The notes under the pieces: generated by a model
Database searches by the model: none
Seen by the model: only the letters and a program-made list of their open reading frames with translations
Told to the model about the DNA's origin: nothing
Program-made: the position numbers and the translations under genes
Shown: positions 44,607 to 53,942 of the stretch, piece by piece
How positions within the stretch are numbered: position 1 is the stretch's first letter
Layout of the letters: each line of letters begins with the position of its first letter
Source of the DNA: Rhabdothermincola sp.
GTDB taxonomy: Bacteria; Actinomycetota; Acidimicrobiia; Acidimicrobiales; Acidimicrobilacustridaceae
NCBI RefSeq assembly: GCF_036846205.1
Contig: NZ_DAIUCK010000001.1
Location: 4,961-68,960, forward strand
Reading direction: 5' to 3'
Length of the DNA stretch: 64,000 nucleotides

Positions 44607-45650
44607 TCAGGCGAAGTACCGGTACAGGAGCGCCCCTGCCCGGGCCGCGATCTCATCGGGCACCCCTGGAGCGGTGAACAGTCCGGTGAGCTCCGCCAGC
44701 AGCTCCCCCTCGGCCTTGTCGATCGAGCAGTCACGGTCGGCGGGCACGTACTGCAGCCGGACGATCTCCCGCTCATCCGTACCGAAGGAACGCTTGAACC
44801 GCACCAGGCCGGGTTGGTCGTCATCGCTGGCCCCGAAGTCGAGGAGCCGACAACCGAGCTCGCAGCCCAGGCGCACGCCCTCCCACACCAGGAGGTTGTT
44901 CGGTCGTAGCGGCAACGCGTCCGGGCGCGAGGCGTTGAACTTGTAGTACAGCGCATCACCGTGGCGGAGGTAGATGGTGGCCGCGATCGGCTCACCGTCG
45001 TAGAGCGCGAGGAGCGGGTACCAGCCCTCGATGGCCCGGAACTGATCTCTCATCGACTCGATGAATCGGTCGGGTTGGGCGAGCAGGCCGTACTTGTGCC
45101 GGCGAACGCCCCGGTGCATCGCCATGAACGCCGGAATGAACACCTCGTCCGCGACCTGCTTCACCGTCACCCCCAAGCCGATGGCCTTGCGGATCGCACG
45201 CCGCACCGACGGCGCGAACGCGTCGAAGTGCTTGTGCGGCCCGTCCGTCAAGGTGAGTCCGTGCCACCGGGCACGGCTCGACACGGCGAAGGCCGGGTCG
45301 GTGACGACCGTCGGCGAACCCAGGGTGCGGATCGTGATGGGTAGACCTCGAGCCATGAGCGCGTCACGCAGCGGAGGCCAGGCGCGCGGGTCGACGAGCA
45401 GGGGGGGGCAGACGTCCGAGAACGGCAGCGAGACCAGGCGCGACGACCGCAGGCCGTCCACCTGCACCCAGGGCACGCCGCCGATCACCTCACCCGACTC
45501 GTCGGTCGCCAGTGTCGCCCTGATCTCGAACCCGTAGGTGTCCGCCAGGACCCGCCCCCATTCCGGTGTGTGGAACAGCATGGCGCCCGCGCGCCCCATC
45601 AGGTCGCGCCACCGCGCATCCGTGAACGGGTCCACTCCCTCGATCAGCAT
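44607..45650 (-). CDS. FemAB-like / Acetyltransf_6 GNAT-fold protein (aminoacyl or acyl transferase)
   Basis: About 347 aa. LFHTPEWGRVL N-terminus. C-terminal DALYYKFNAS...RPNNLLVWEGVRLGCELGCRLLDFG fits the FemAB/CelD-like pattern. Confidence 0.65.
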   Translation of the reverse strand: MLIEGVDPFTDARWRDLMGRAGAMLFHTPEWGRVLADTYGFEIRATLATDESGEVIGGVPWVQVDGLRSSRLVSLPFSDVCPPLLVDPRAWPPLRDALMARGLPITIRTLGSPTVVTDPAFAVSSRARWHGLTLTDGPHKHFDAFAPSVRRAIRKAIGLGVTVKQVADEVFIPAFMAMHRGVRRHKYGLLAQPDRFIESMRDQFRAIEGWYPLLALYDGEPIAATIYLRHGDALYYKFNASRPDALPLRPNNLLVWEGVRLGCELGCRLLDFGASDDDQPGLVRFKRSFGTDEREIVRLQYVPADRDCSIDKAEGELLAELTGLFTAPGVPDEIAARAGALLYRYFA

Positions 45651-45886
45651 CTGCGCTTGCGGTACCCAGCTCCCCCCCACGGCATACAGTTCGCGCGGAA
45701 ACCGTCACATGCGCTCCGCGGCGAGACCCGAGCGGGCACCGACACGCCGGCGACAGGCGAGCGTTCTGCGCTGGCCCACCACGGGTAGTGAGCGGACTCG
45801 ATGGTGCTGACCTGCTCACCGAAGGCCGGACCCCGCTCGCGGCCCGGCCCGTGACGGCGATCGCGCCCCGCAGAGAGCGTTGGCCG

Positions 45887-46669
45887 ATGCGCTACGGGGT
45901 CGTCTCGGACATTCACGGCAACCTCCATGCGCTCCGCGCCGCCGTTGCCACCCTGGAGGGTCGCGGCGTCGACGGGTGGCTGTGCTCCGGTGACATCGTC
46001 GGGTACGGCCCAAGCCCGAACGAGTGCATCGAGATCCTCGCCGGCCTCGGCGCGGCATGCGTGGCCGGGAACCACGACCTCATGGCCCTCGGTCGCCTCC
46101 CGGGCGAGCACGCGGGCCCGCTCGCCCGGCGGTCCACAGACTGGACCCGCTCGCAGTTGAGCGAGGGGTCGAAAACCGCGCTCGACGCTCTGCCACTCTC
46201 GATGGACGTGGGTGACGTGGTGGTGGGCCACGGCTCCCTCGACGACCCGCAGCGGTACGTGCGCTCGGACCGCGAGGCCCGGCGGGAACTCGATCGGGTC
46301 TCAGCGAGCGCGGCTCGGTTCCTGGTGCTCGGCCACACCCACCGCCCGTGGGTGTACAGCACGCAGCGGGGGACCATCCCCCTCCCGACCGGAGGCCCGG
46401 CGAGGATCCCACCCGGTGACCGGGTGCTGGTGAACCCCGGGAGCGTCGGCCAGTCCCGCCAGCGCGAGCCGCGACCGCTGGCCCGGTTCGCCTTGATCGA
46501 CACCGGCGACCGCTCGGTCGAGCTCTTCGCCGTCCGTTACGACGTCGAGGGATGCCTCGAAGCACTCACTCGTCACGGCCTGCCCCCCGCCAGCATCCAC
46601 CTCGAGCCCCGGCTCCCGCGGGTCTGGTCGCAGCAGGCCCGCCGTTGGTGGCGGGGTGGCCCCGCGTGA
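45887..46669 (+). CDS. Metallophosphoesterase (calcineurin-like)
   Basis: SDIHGN, GDIVGYG, GNHD and GHTH motifs in canonical order. Confidence 0.85.
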   Translation: MRYGVVSDIHGNLHALRAAVATLEGRGVDGWLCSGDIVGYGPSPNECIEILAGLGAACVAGNHDLMALGRLPGEHAGPLARRSTDWTRSQLSEGSKTALDALPLSMDVGDVVVGHGSLDDPQRYVRSDREARRELDRVSASAARFLVLGHTHRPWVYSTQRGTIPLPTGGPARIPPGDRVLVNPGSVGQSRQREPRPLARFALIDTGDRSVELFAVRYDVEGCLEALTRHGLPPASIHLEPRLPRVWSQQARRWWRGGPA

Positions 46670-47877
46670 GACGGCAGCCGACCTCGCCTGCCGTGGTGCT
46701 GGGGGCCGGCGTCAACCTCATCGAGGTCGTGCGGTCGCTCTCCCTGGCGGGGATCGACGCCGCCATCGTCGCGCCGCCGAGGGATCCCACGAGCCGCTCC
46801 CGGCACGCTTCGAGCATCACGACCTGGGACTGGCCGGCGCGGCGATCGGTGATGGAGGAGACTGCTCTCGTCGAGGCCCTCCTGGCCTTCGCTGCGCGGC
46901 AGCCCACCCCCCCACCGTTGCTCGCCACCAGCGACGAGGCGTTGCTCTTCTGCTCCCGCCACCGCGACCCGCTGGCCGGCGGCTTCGAGCTCAACCTCCC
47001 TCCGGTCGAACTGGTCGAGGCACTCGTCGACAAGGCCAGGTTCACCACCGTCGCCGAGCGGTTCGACCTTCCCGTACCGAGGACCATGGTCATCGAGCCG
47101 TCCGCCGGTCCGCCGCCGGATGTGTCGTGCCTCCGCTTCCCGCTGGTCGTGAAGCCTCACTGGCGCAGTCCGAGCTGGCACGAGGCGATCGATGCCAAAG
47201 CGTGTGTGATCGAGGACGACGCCGCGCTGCGGACACTGTGGCCGCGGATCACGGGGACCTGCACGGCGTTCGTGATCCAGGAGCACATCCCAGGGCCCGA
47301 GAGCCGGGTGGAGAGCTACCACGTCTACCGGGACCGGCAGGGCGCGACCCTGGCGGAGATGACCGGACGCAAGATCCGGACGTTGCCGCTCGTCAACGGG
47401 CACACCACCTCGCTGGTGGTGACCGCCCGCCAGGACGTCTGGTGCTGTGGTCGGGCCATCGTGGAACGACTCGACCTGCGGGGGGTGGCGAAGCTCGACT
47501 TCAAGCGAGCCCCGGACGGCCGGCTCGTCCTGCTCGAGGTGAACGCCCGCTGCAGCCTCTGGCACCATCCTGCAGCCCGTGCCGGGGTCAACTTCCCGGC
47601 CGTCATGCACGCCGATCTCACCGGTGCACCCGGTCCGCCCGCGACCGCCCGCCCGGGGCTGCGATGGGTGCATCCGCTCGACGCGGTCGCGGCACGCCGG
47701 TCCGGCCAACCCCTGCACACCTGGGCCCGATGGGCCCGCACGTGTGACGCGTGGGCCTTCTGGGATCGGGACGACCCGCTCCCCCTGATCCACGCACTCG
47801 CCGCGACGACCGGGGCCCGGCTACGTCAGGTCGCCGGGCGCCGGCCCTCCCGCGAGAAGACCCGCGGCGCGCGGTAG
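46666..47877 (+). CDS. ATP-grasp domain protein (carboxylate-amine ligase-like)
   Basis: GTG 46666 overlaps the upstream stop (GTGA). PLVVKPH, FVIQEHIPG and LLEVNAR motifs. Confidence 0.75.
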   Translation: MRRQPTSPAVVLGAGVNLIEVVRSLSLAGIDAAIVAPPRDPTSRSRHASSITTWDWPARRSVMEETALVEALLAFAARQPTPPPLLATSDEALLFCSRHRDPLAGGFELNLPPVELVEALVDKARFTTVAERFDLPVPRTMVIEPSAGPPPDVSCLRFPLVVKPHWRSPSWHEAIDAKACVIEDDAALRTLWPRITGTCTAFVIQEHIPGPESRVESYHVYRDRQGATLAEMTGRKIRTLPLVNGHTTSLVVTARQDVWCCGRAIVERLDLRGVAKLDFKRAPDGRLVLLEVNARCSLWHHPAARAGVNFPAVMHADLTGAPGPPATARPGLRWVHPLDAVAARRSGQPLHTWARWARTCDAWAFWDRDDPLPLIHALAATTGARLRQVAGRRPSREKTRGAR

Positions 47878-48533
47878 GAGGGCCCCCGCTCGCGCGCACC
47901 GCGCCGGGAGGTCCAGCGCCACTGCACCGACACCCGCCCGGCCACCAGACCGGCTACCCGGGGCACCGAGTGCTCCCAAGCCGCTTGGCACCGCCCGCCC
48001 ATCACGATCAGGTCCCCGGCACCCGGTGCGAGGTCGTGGGTCGCCCCACCACCCGGTGCGTGCTGCTCCGATCGCTCGGCGCGAGGCCGCAACAGGAACG
48101 GCCGCCGGGCCCCCAGGGTCAGGACCGCGATGATCGTCTCGTCGAGCCAGCGCATCTCGCGATCGCGATGGAACGCGACCCCGTCACGGCCGTTCCGGTA
48201 CCAGGCGAGTGCGCAGCCGTCGAACCGGACCCGATAGCGGTGCTGGAGCCAGTCCCGCGCCTCATCCAGCACCGCATGAGGCGGTGCTCCGGCCGGGTAC
48301 CAGGCACCGAGCCGGGGTTCGTCCTGGTAGCGCTCGTAGCGGAAGACCCTGCCCTGGGACCACGGGACCTGCGCGGTGAGCATCTCGAAGAGCGCGCTCG
48401 CCCCCTGCAGCCAGCCTCGAGCCAGGTCCACCCAACTCTGCTCGTCGAGCTCGATGCGCTGCACCTCGACCTGCGGAGCGAGGCGAGGCGGGCACCCGGC
48501 GGGAACGGCCGCAGCGAACATGGGATCCGCCAT
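47826..48533 (-). CDS. AlkB-like Fe(II)/2-oxoglutarate-dependent dioxygenase
   Basis: FHRDRE (HxD), WEHSVP (distal His) and RVSVQWR (RxS) in AlkB order. The start is 1 nt after the upstream stop. Confidence 0.75.
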   Translation of the reverse strand: MADPMFAAAVPAGCPPRLAPQVEVQRIELDEQSWVDLARGWLQGASALFEMLTAQVPWSQGRVFRYERYQDEPRLGAWYPAGAPPHAVLDEARDWLQHRYRVRFDGCALAWYRNGRDGVAFHRDREMRWLDETIIAVLTLGARRPFLLRPRAERSEQHAPGGGATHDLAPGAGDLIVMGGRCQAAWEHSVPRVAGLVAGRVSVQWRWTSRRGARERGPSYRAPRVFSREGRRPAT

Positions 48534-48534
48534 C

Positions 48535-50844
48535 TCAGAGCGGGGCGTGCTCGCCGTCGAGCTCTTGCGAATGCTGCCAGAGGCGGGCGTCGATCCGCTC
48601 CACCAGTTCCATCACCTGCGCGAAGCGGTCGTCCTCCCAGAAGCTGCCGGTCACGTCGACGGTGACCACCACGTCGGAGGTCGGCAGGTAGAGAGCCAGC
48701 GTGTGCCCACCGGCGTACCCCATGCCGAACCAGTGGGCTTCACCGTCAGGGTCCGTACGGCACGGGCAGAACCCGTTCACCCCTGCGCCCATGGCGGAGT
48801 CGCGGTCGATGTTGGTCATCGCCCGGTAGGACGCATCACTGATGCCGACGTGGTCCCGGAGCAGCGCGAGCACCCCCCGGCCGAGATCGCCGAGATCCGT
48901 GACCATCCCGGCAGCACCGGTGCGGGGCAACCCGGCCTGGGGCGGCAGGATCGCGGCCGACCCGAGGCCCAAGGGCCGAAGCAGCTGCTCGTCCACCAGC
49001 ACGTCGAACGGCTGGCCGGTGACCTGCTCCAGGAGCACGCCGAGGACGATGTAGTTCGTGCTCGAGTAGCGGCTCTCGGAGCCCGGTTCGAACTGCAGGG
49101 GCGACGCCGCGGCGATGGCGAGCGCGTCGAGCGGGGAGGTCAGCGACTCGGGATCGGCGACGTACTGCTCCGACTCCCAGTAGTTCAGCAGCCCGGATCG
49201 ATGGGTCAGCAGCTCCCGAACCGTGATCGGGCGTGGCAGCGCCGGATAGGCGCCGAGCCCGGGCAACGGCTCGTCGAGCTCCAGCAGGCCTGCTTCCACC
49301 GCGCGGAACACGAGGTTCGCGGTGAACAGCTTGGTGACCGACATCACGTCGATGCGATCAGCCGCGTCACGAGCACGGCCCTCTTCGTCGACCCCGATGG
49401 CCGTGACCCGTACAGGCCCATCCGGAAACGCCAACCCCACGGCCACACCGGGAACGCCGTGCTCGAGGGCCCAGGCAGCGACCAGCTGTTGCACGTCATT
49501 CTCGTCGAGCGCCTGGCCGAGGGCCACGGGGGCACGAGCACTGCCGCTCTCGCCCGCCACCATCTCGTAGCGGGCGTCGACCGGGTCGAACGTCGGCTTG
49601 GGAGGCGCCTGGGAAGGCACCCCGGGACGGAACGACCGCTCCTCGGAGGTCGGGTCTCCAGTCCGGGGCACCACCACCCAGACCGTGAGAACGGTGACCA
49701 GCAGCGCCGACGCCACAGCCACCGGAGCGCGTCGGCGCCGGGCAGGGGCGATCGGCAGCGGCCACAGCTTGGGAGGTCGTTTCGCGCCGAGGTCTTCGAT
49801 CCACCCGAACAGCACGCATGCCACCACCACGCCGCCGGCGATCAGCACGACGTAGCTCAACCCCCACCCCAGGCCCGGCGACCGGCCCTGGTGGTCGAGG
49901 ATCCACAGTGCCACGACGATCGCCGATGTGTGCCAGAGGTAGACGGTGAGGGACCGCTGCCCGAGGAACCGCACCACCGGGCGGGCCAGGTGGTGGTCCG
50001 CCAGCCGGCGCAGAGCGGGGACGGAAGCGAGGGCCAGGGCGAGCCAGACCATGCCGACGAGCAGGTGCATCGGGTGCGAGTTGTTGACCACGCCGGAGGG
50101 GACGGGCTGGGTCAGCCACCAGGCGACGGCGCCGATCGTGGCCACCGACGCGACCAGCGCCCAGTGGCGTGGGCGGACCCGGTCGAACGCACCGTCCGCG
50201 ACCCGGACGCCGAAGAGGAAGAAGGTGCCGTAGAGCGCGAGGTCGCCGAGCTGCCAGACGAGACGATCGGCGAACGCGGGCCGGAGCCAGCCGGCCCGAT
50301 CGGCGAGGTCGAGCGCCACGACCAAGAGCCCGGACACGGCGAAGGTCCGCACCGGCCAGCGACGCACCGCCCTGATGGCGAGCGGCGCGAGCAGGAAGAT
50401 CCACAGGAGGGTCCGCAGGTACCACAGCGGGGTCGCCAACCAGCCGCCTTCCCACGGCGTGCCTGCGGGGTCCGAGATCGGGACGAGCCACAGCAGCACG
50501 TGTCGCCAGTCGAGCCCTGTGCCGCTGCGGCTGGCACCCAGCCACATCGCCGTCCACGCGACCGCCGCGAACACCCACAGCGACGGCGCGATCCGGCGGA
50601 GCCGGTCCGCGATCGTGGTTCGGGCACCGTGCCGGTCCGCCGACCGCGCGAAGAGCGAGCCGGTGACGAAGAACATGGCCGGCATCGCCGCGATCACGTA
50701 GGTGATCACCGCCGCACCGAAGGCGTGCCACACGATCACCCGCAGCGTCGCCACCGCCCGGATGAGGTCGAGGAACCCGTCCCGCCCCGGCGGGGTCAGC
50801 CGGGGTCCCTCTCGGTGGGCGGTGTCGGCCGCGTCGGGTGGCAT
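48535..50844 (-). CDS. Acyltransferase family 3 membrane domain fused to a beta-lactamase-fold serine hydrolase domain
   Basis: N-terminal FLDLIRAVATLRVIVWH...FFVTGSL, about 10 TM. C-terminal MSVTKLF (SxxK) and YSSTNYIVLG (YxN region). Start ATG 50844. Confidence 0.8.
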   Translation of the reverse strand: MPPDAADTAHREGPRLTPPGRDGFLDLIRAVATLRVIVWHAFGAAVITYVIAAMPAMFFVTGSLFARSADRHGARTTIADRLRRIAPSLWVFAAVAWTAMWLGASRSGTGLDWRHVLLWLVPISDPAGTPWEGGWLATPLWYLRTLLWIFLLAPLAIRAVRRWPVRTFAVSGLLVVALDLADRAGWLRPAFADRLVWQLGDLALYGTFFLFGVRVADGAFDRVRPRHWALVASVATIGAVAWWLTQPVPSGVVNNSHPMHLLVGMVWLALALASVPALRRLADHHLARPVVRFLGQRSLTVYLWHTSAIVVALWILDHQGRSPGLGWGLSYVVLIAGGVVVACVLFGWIEDLGAKRPPKLWPLPIAPARRRRAPVAVASALLVTVLTVWVVVPRTGDPTSEERSFRPGVPSQAPPKPTFDPVDARYEMVAGESGSARAPVALGQALDENDVQQLVAAWALEHGVPGVAVGLAFPDGPVRVTAIGVDEEGRARDAADRIDVMSVTKLFTANLVFRAVEAGLLELDEPLPGLGAYPALPRPITVRELLTHRSGLLNYWESEQYVADPESLTSPLDALAIAAASPLQFEPGSESRYSSTNYIVLGVLLEQVTGQPFDVLVDEQLLRPLGLGSAAILPPQAGLPRTGAAGMVTDLGDLGRGVLALLRDHVGISDASYRAMTNIDRDSAMGAGVNGFCPCRTDPDGEAHWFGMGYAGGHTLALYLPTSDVVVTVDVTGSFWEDDRFAQVMELVERIDARLWQHSQELDGEHAPL

Positions 50845-50972
50845 GGCCTCGTAGACGATAACGGTCGCTGACGCCGGTCCGTGATCGCTCCGGTGGGCGC
50901 AGTGGGCCCGGCAGATCGGTGGCCGGTGAGCGTGTAGCGTGGCGGCTTTACAACGTTCAGCGAGGTCAGCCC

Positions 50973-52517
50973 GTGACGCCAGCACGTGTCCCCCCGGCCC
51001 ATCCCCTCGTCGCCCACGTCCAGTGGGACCGCCGCCAGTTCATCGAGCGGGTCGCCGCGGCCGCCCTCGCCCTCGGTGGCGCACCGTCGCTGCTGGCCGC
51101 CTGCTCCTCTTCGCCGCGATCGGCCGACCCGGCCATCTCGCCGAGTACGTCCCCACCCCCGACCCTGCCCTACGACCCGGCACTCCCCTACTGGATGCAA
51201 GGCGGGTTCGCTCCCGTCCACGATCAGGTGGAGGCGTTCGATCTCGAGGTCTCTGGAGCCTTGCCCCCCGAGCTCGACGGCCTGTACGTCCGCAACGGCT
51301 CCAACCCGGCGAGCGGGCCGTCGCCACACTGGTTCCTCGGCGACGGGATGGTGCACGGTGTCCGACTGGCGGCAGGCAGGGCGCAGTGGTACCGGAACCG
51401 CTACGTCGACACCCCGCTGCTGCGGGAAGGCACCGGCCTCCTCGGGAGCTCGGCTCCGGGCGGGGCGCGCAACCAGAGCAACGTGAGCGTCTTCCACCAC
51501 GCCGGCCGGCTCCTCAGCTCGGGAGAGGTCGGGCTCCCCTACGAGCTCTCGACGACCGACCTGTCGACCATCGGTCCCCACGATTACGCCGGCCGGCTCA
51601 CGACCTCCATGACCGCGCATCCCAAGATCGATCCCGTCACCGGCCGGATGCACTTCTTCGGGTACGGGTTCGTGCCGCCCTACCTCACGTATCACGTGGC
51701 CTCGGCCGACGGTGAGCTCGTCTACACGGGCGACATCGAGGTGGCCGGCCCCACCATGATCCACGACTTCGCCATCACCGAGCGCGACGCGGTGTTCTGG
51801 GAACTGCCCGTGGTCTTCGACCTCGATCTGGCGATGAAGCTGGTCAGCGGAGAGAGCACCGCATTCCCGTTCCGCTGGGATGAGAGCTACGGCGCCCGCC
51901 TCGGCATCATGCCGCTCGAGGGACCGACCTCCGCCATCCGCTGGGTCGAGATCGAGCCCTGCTACATCTTCCACGGGGTCAACGCGCACCGCAGGGGCGA
52001 CGAGGTGGTGATCGACGCGTGCCGCCTGCCGCACATCTTCCGCGAGGGTGGTGACACGGGATCGTCTCGACCCCACCGGTGGGTGGTGGACACCGCGGGC
52101 CCGCAGCTCACCGTGTCGGACGAGCCCTTGAGCGACGTCCCGATGGATCTCCCGGCCGTCGATCGGCGCTTCACCGGTCGCCCCACCCGCCACGGCTGGT
52201 ACCTGATGACCGAGGCCGACGGGGACTTCCCGATCGAGTTCGCCGGCCTCGCTCATCGTGACGAGACGACTGGGGAGCTGGACCGCTACGCACCCGGACA
52301 CAGCTACCGCCTGAACGAAGGGTTCGTCGTCGCCAGCGGCGATGGCGAGGGTGAGGGCTGGCTACTCAGCTACGCATGGGACCGCGAGCGGGGTGCCACC
52401 GACCTCGTCGTGCTGGACGCACTCGATCTGGCGAGCGGGCCCGTCGCCCGGGTGCACCTCCCGGTGCGAGTGCCGTACGGATTCCACGGGGTGTGGGTGC
52501 CGGCAGCGTCTGTTTGA
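50973..52517 (+). CDS. Carotenoid/apocarotenoid cleavage oxygenase family (RPE65 fold), Tat-lipoprotein leader
   Basis: DRRQFIE twin-arginine motif and LLAAC lipobox. His-bearing motifs GDGMVHG, AHPKIDP, MIHDFAIT, FHGVNAH. The start (GTG 50973) is uncertain. Confidence 0.85.
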   Translation: MTPARVPPAHPLVAHVQWDRRQFIERVAAAALALGGAPSLLAACSSSPRSADPAISPSTSPPPTLPYDPALPYWMQGGFAPVHDQVEAFDLEVSGALPPELDGLYVRNGSNPASGPSPHWFLGDGMVHGVRLAAGRAQWYRNRYVDTPLLREGTGLLGSSAPGGARNQSNVSVFHHAGRLLSSGEVGLPYELSTTDLSTIGPHDYAGRLTTSMTAHPKIDPVTGRMHFFGYGFVPPYLTYHVASADGELVYTGDIEVAGPTMIHDFAITERDAVFWELPVVFDLDLAMKLVSGESTAFPFRWDESYGARLGIMPLEGPTSAIRWVEIEPCYIFHGVNAHRRGDEVVIDACRLPHIFREGGDTGSSRPHRWVVDTAGPQLTVSDEPLSDVPMDLPAVDRRFTGRPTRHGWYLMTEADGDFPIEFAGLAHRDETTGELDRYAPGHSYRLNEGFVVASGDGEGEGWLLSYAWDRERGATDLVVLDALDLASGPVARVHLPVRVPYGFHGVWVPAASV

Positions 52518-52542
52518 GCCAGCGCGCCGTCGTGAGCGCAGG

Positions 52543-53052
52543 TCACTCAGGTGGGGACTGCGAGCCCAGCGCTTCGGTCAGGTTGGCGACGGTCTGCTCG
52601 GGGATCTCGTGGCGGATGACCTTCGTCGGCTTGTAGGGCTCGAACGCCCGGGCCATCTGGTCGGCGTCGCCGGTGGCGCCGATCAGCAACAGCGCGGAGG
52701 TTCCCGGCGTCAGCGACGACTTGACCTCGTCCACGAGGTTCTGGTCGACGCCGGCCTTCTTCATCGCGTCGCCGGCCAGCGCACCGATGCCCATGCCCCC
52801 GAGCCAGCCCCCGAAGAACCACGCAGGCGGGAACCACCAGAACAGCAGCATCCCGATCAAGCCACCCCAGAGCGCGCCGCCGGCAGCTGACCCGTGCGGG
52901 GTGTGCAGCGACACCCGGCCGGAGTGGTGCTTCTCCACGACGGCCACGTCGTCGATCCACGCGTAGCGCAGGTCTTCGAGCGCCCGCACGGCGTTGAGCG
53001 CCGCCTGCGCACCGTAGGGGCTGTCGAACGTCAGGGTGATGAGATCCGCCAT
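52543..53052 (-). CDS. DUF1269-like membrane protein
   Basis: Soluble N-terminus, then a Gly-zipper TM region (GGALWGGLIGMLLFWW...GGWLGGMGIGALAG), then a C-terminal domain. Confidence 0.7.
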   Translation of the reverse strand: MADLITLTFDSPYGAQAALNAVRALEDLRYAWIDDVAVVEKHHSGRVSLHTPHGSAAGGALWGGLIGMLLFWWFPPAWFFGGWLGGMGIGALAGDAMKKAGVDQNLVDEVKSSLTPGTSALLLIGATGDADQMARAFEPYKPTKVIRHEIPEQTVANLTEALGSQSPPE

Positions 53053-53240
53053 GCTTCCTCCGATCGGCCGGCCCGCGGGTCGAGCCGCAGCTCATGGACC
53101 CTACCGCCTCCGGACCGGTGGTCGCCGGGCGCGAGGATGACCACACGGCACCCTCCCTGCTTGTCGGCTCTCGAGACCGGCGGCGAACATGGAGCCGGCC
53201 GGCCAGGCGCGACCGATCGACCGATCACGTTCCAGATGCG

Positions 53241-53888
53241 ATGACCCAGACCTCCGACGGCAGCTCCAACCGGTTGATGGCGAGGTGCCGAGCGTGCGCG
53301 GCCTCGTTCACTCTCGAGTCCCTGGCGGTCGAGCGCACCGGTTGCTGCCCCAGCTGTGGCCGGGAGCTGAGCCCCGGCTGGACCACCCTCCTCGTCGAAG
53401 AGGCCGAGAACATCGAAACCCTGCGAGCCGCGTTCATCCGCGCCCTGCGGCGACTCGCGGGGCTCCCGGGCTTGTTGGAGGTCGTGCCCGACGCGGTCAT
53501 CCGGGACATCGAGGAGGTCCCCTGGCAGCGAAACATCACCACCGAACCGGCCCGCCTCTCTGAGCAGGTCCGCCGGGTGCGGGTGTCGTGGGAGCGAGAT
53601 CGGGCGGAAGGCGTCGACAGTGCGGAGTCGGAGATCCCCACCCAGCTCCAGGAGCTCGCGCACGACTTCCTCGAGCTCGGACGGGTGATGGATCTCCACC
53701 AGGAGGCGACCGGGCTGGCCGGTTCACCGGCAGGACAGGTCGCCCGCGAACTGGCCGAACGGCTCTCTCACGACGCGGCGTCCATCAGCCGCCATCTGGG
53801 CACCCCCGACGTCACCGCCCGGCTCGACCAGGCGGATGCCGCGACCGATGCTGCCGAGCAGCAGGCCCGGCGCGGAAGCAGCGACTGA
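53241..53888 (+). CDS. Hypothetical protein with N-terminal CxxC...CPxC zinc-ribbon and helical C-terminal region
   Basis: ARCRACAASF...GCCPSCGREL. 215 aa. No family recognised. Confidence 0.5.
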   Translation: MTQTSDGSSNRLMARCRACAASFTLESLAVERTGCCPSCGRELSPGWTTLLVEEAENIETLRAAFIRALRRLAGLPGLLEVVPDAVIRDIEEVPWQRNITTEPARLSEQVRRVRVSWERDRAEGVDSAESEIPTQLQELAHDFLELGRVMDLHQEATGLAGSPAGQVARELAERLSHDAASISRHLGTPDVTARLDQADAATDAAEQQARRGSSD

Positions 53889-53942
53889 ACCGCTCGCCGG
53901 CTCGGCCATTCCCGACCACCTTCTTCTTGGCAGAATCACTCC

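Noticed and set aside
48376-50871. 831-aa plus-strand ORF
   Set aside because: Shadow frame opposite the AT3/beta-lactamase-fold gene, with a highly charged, Arg/His/Pro-rich translation.
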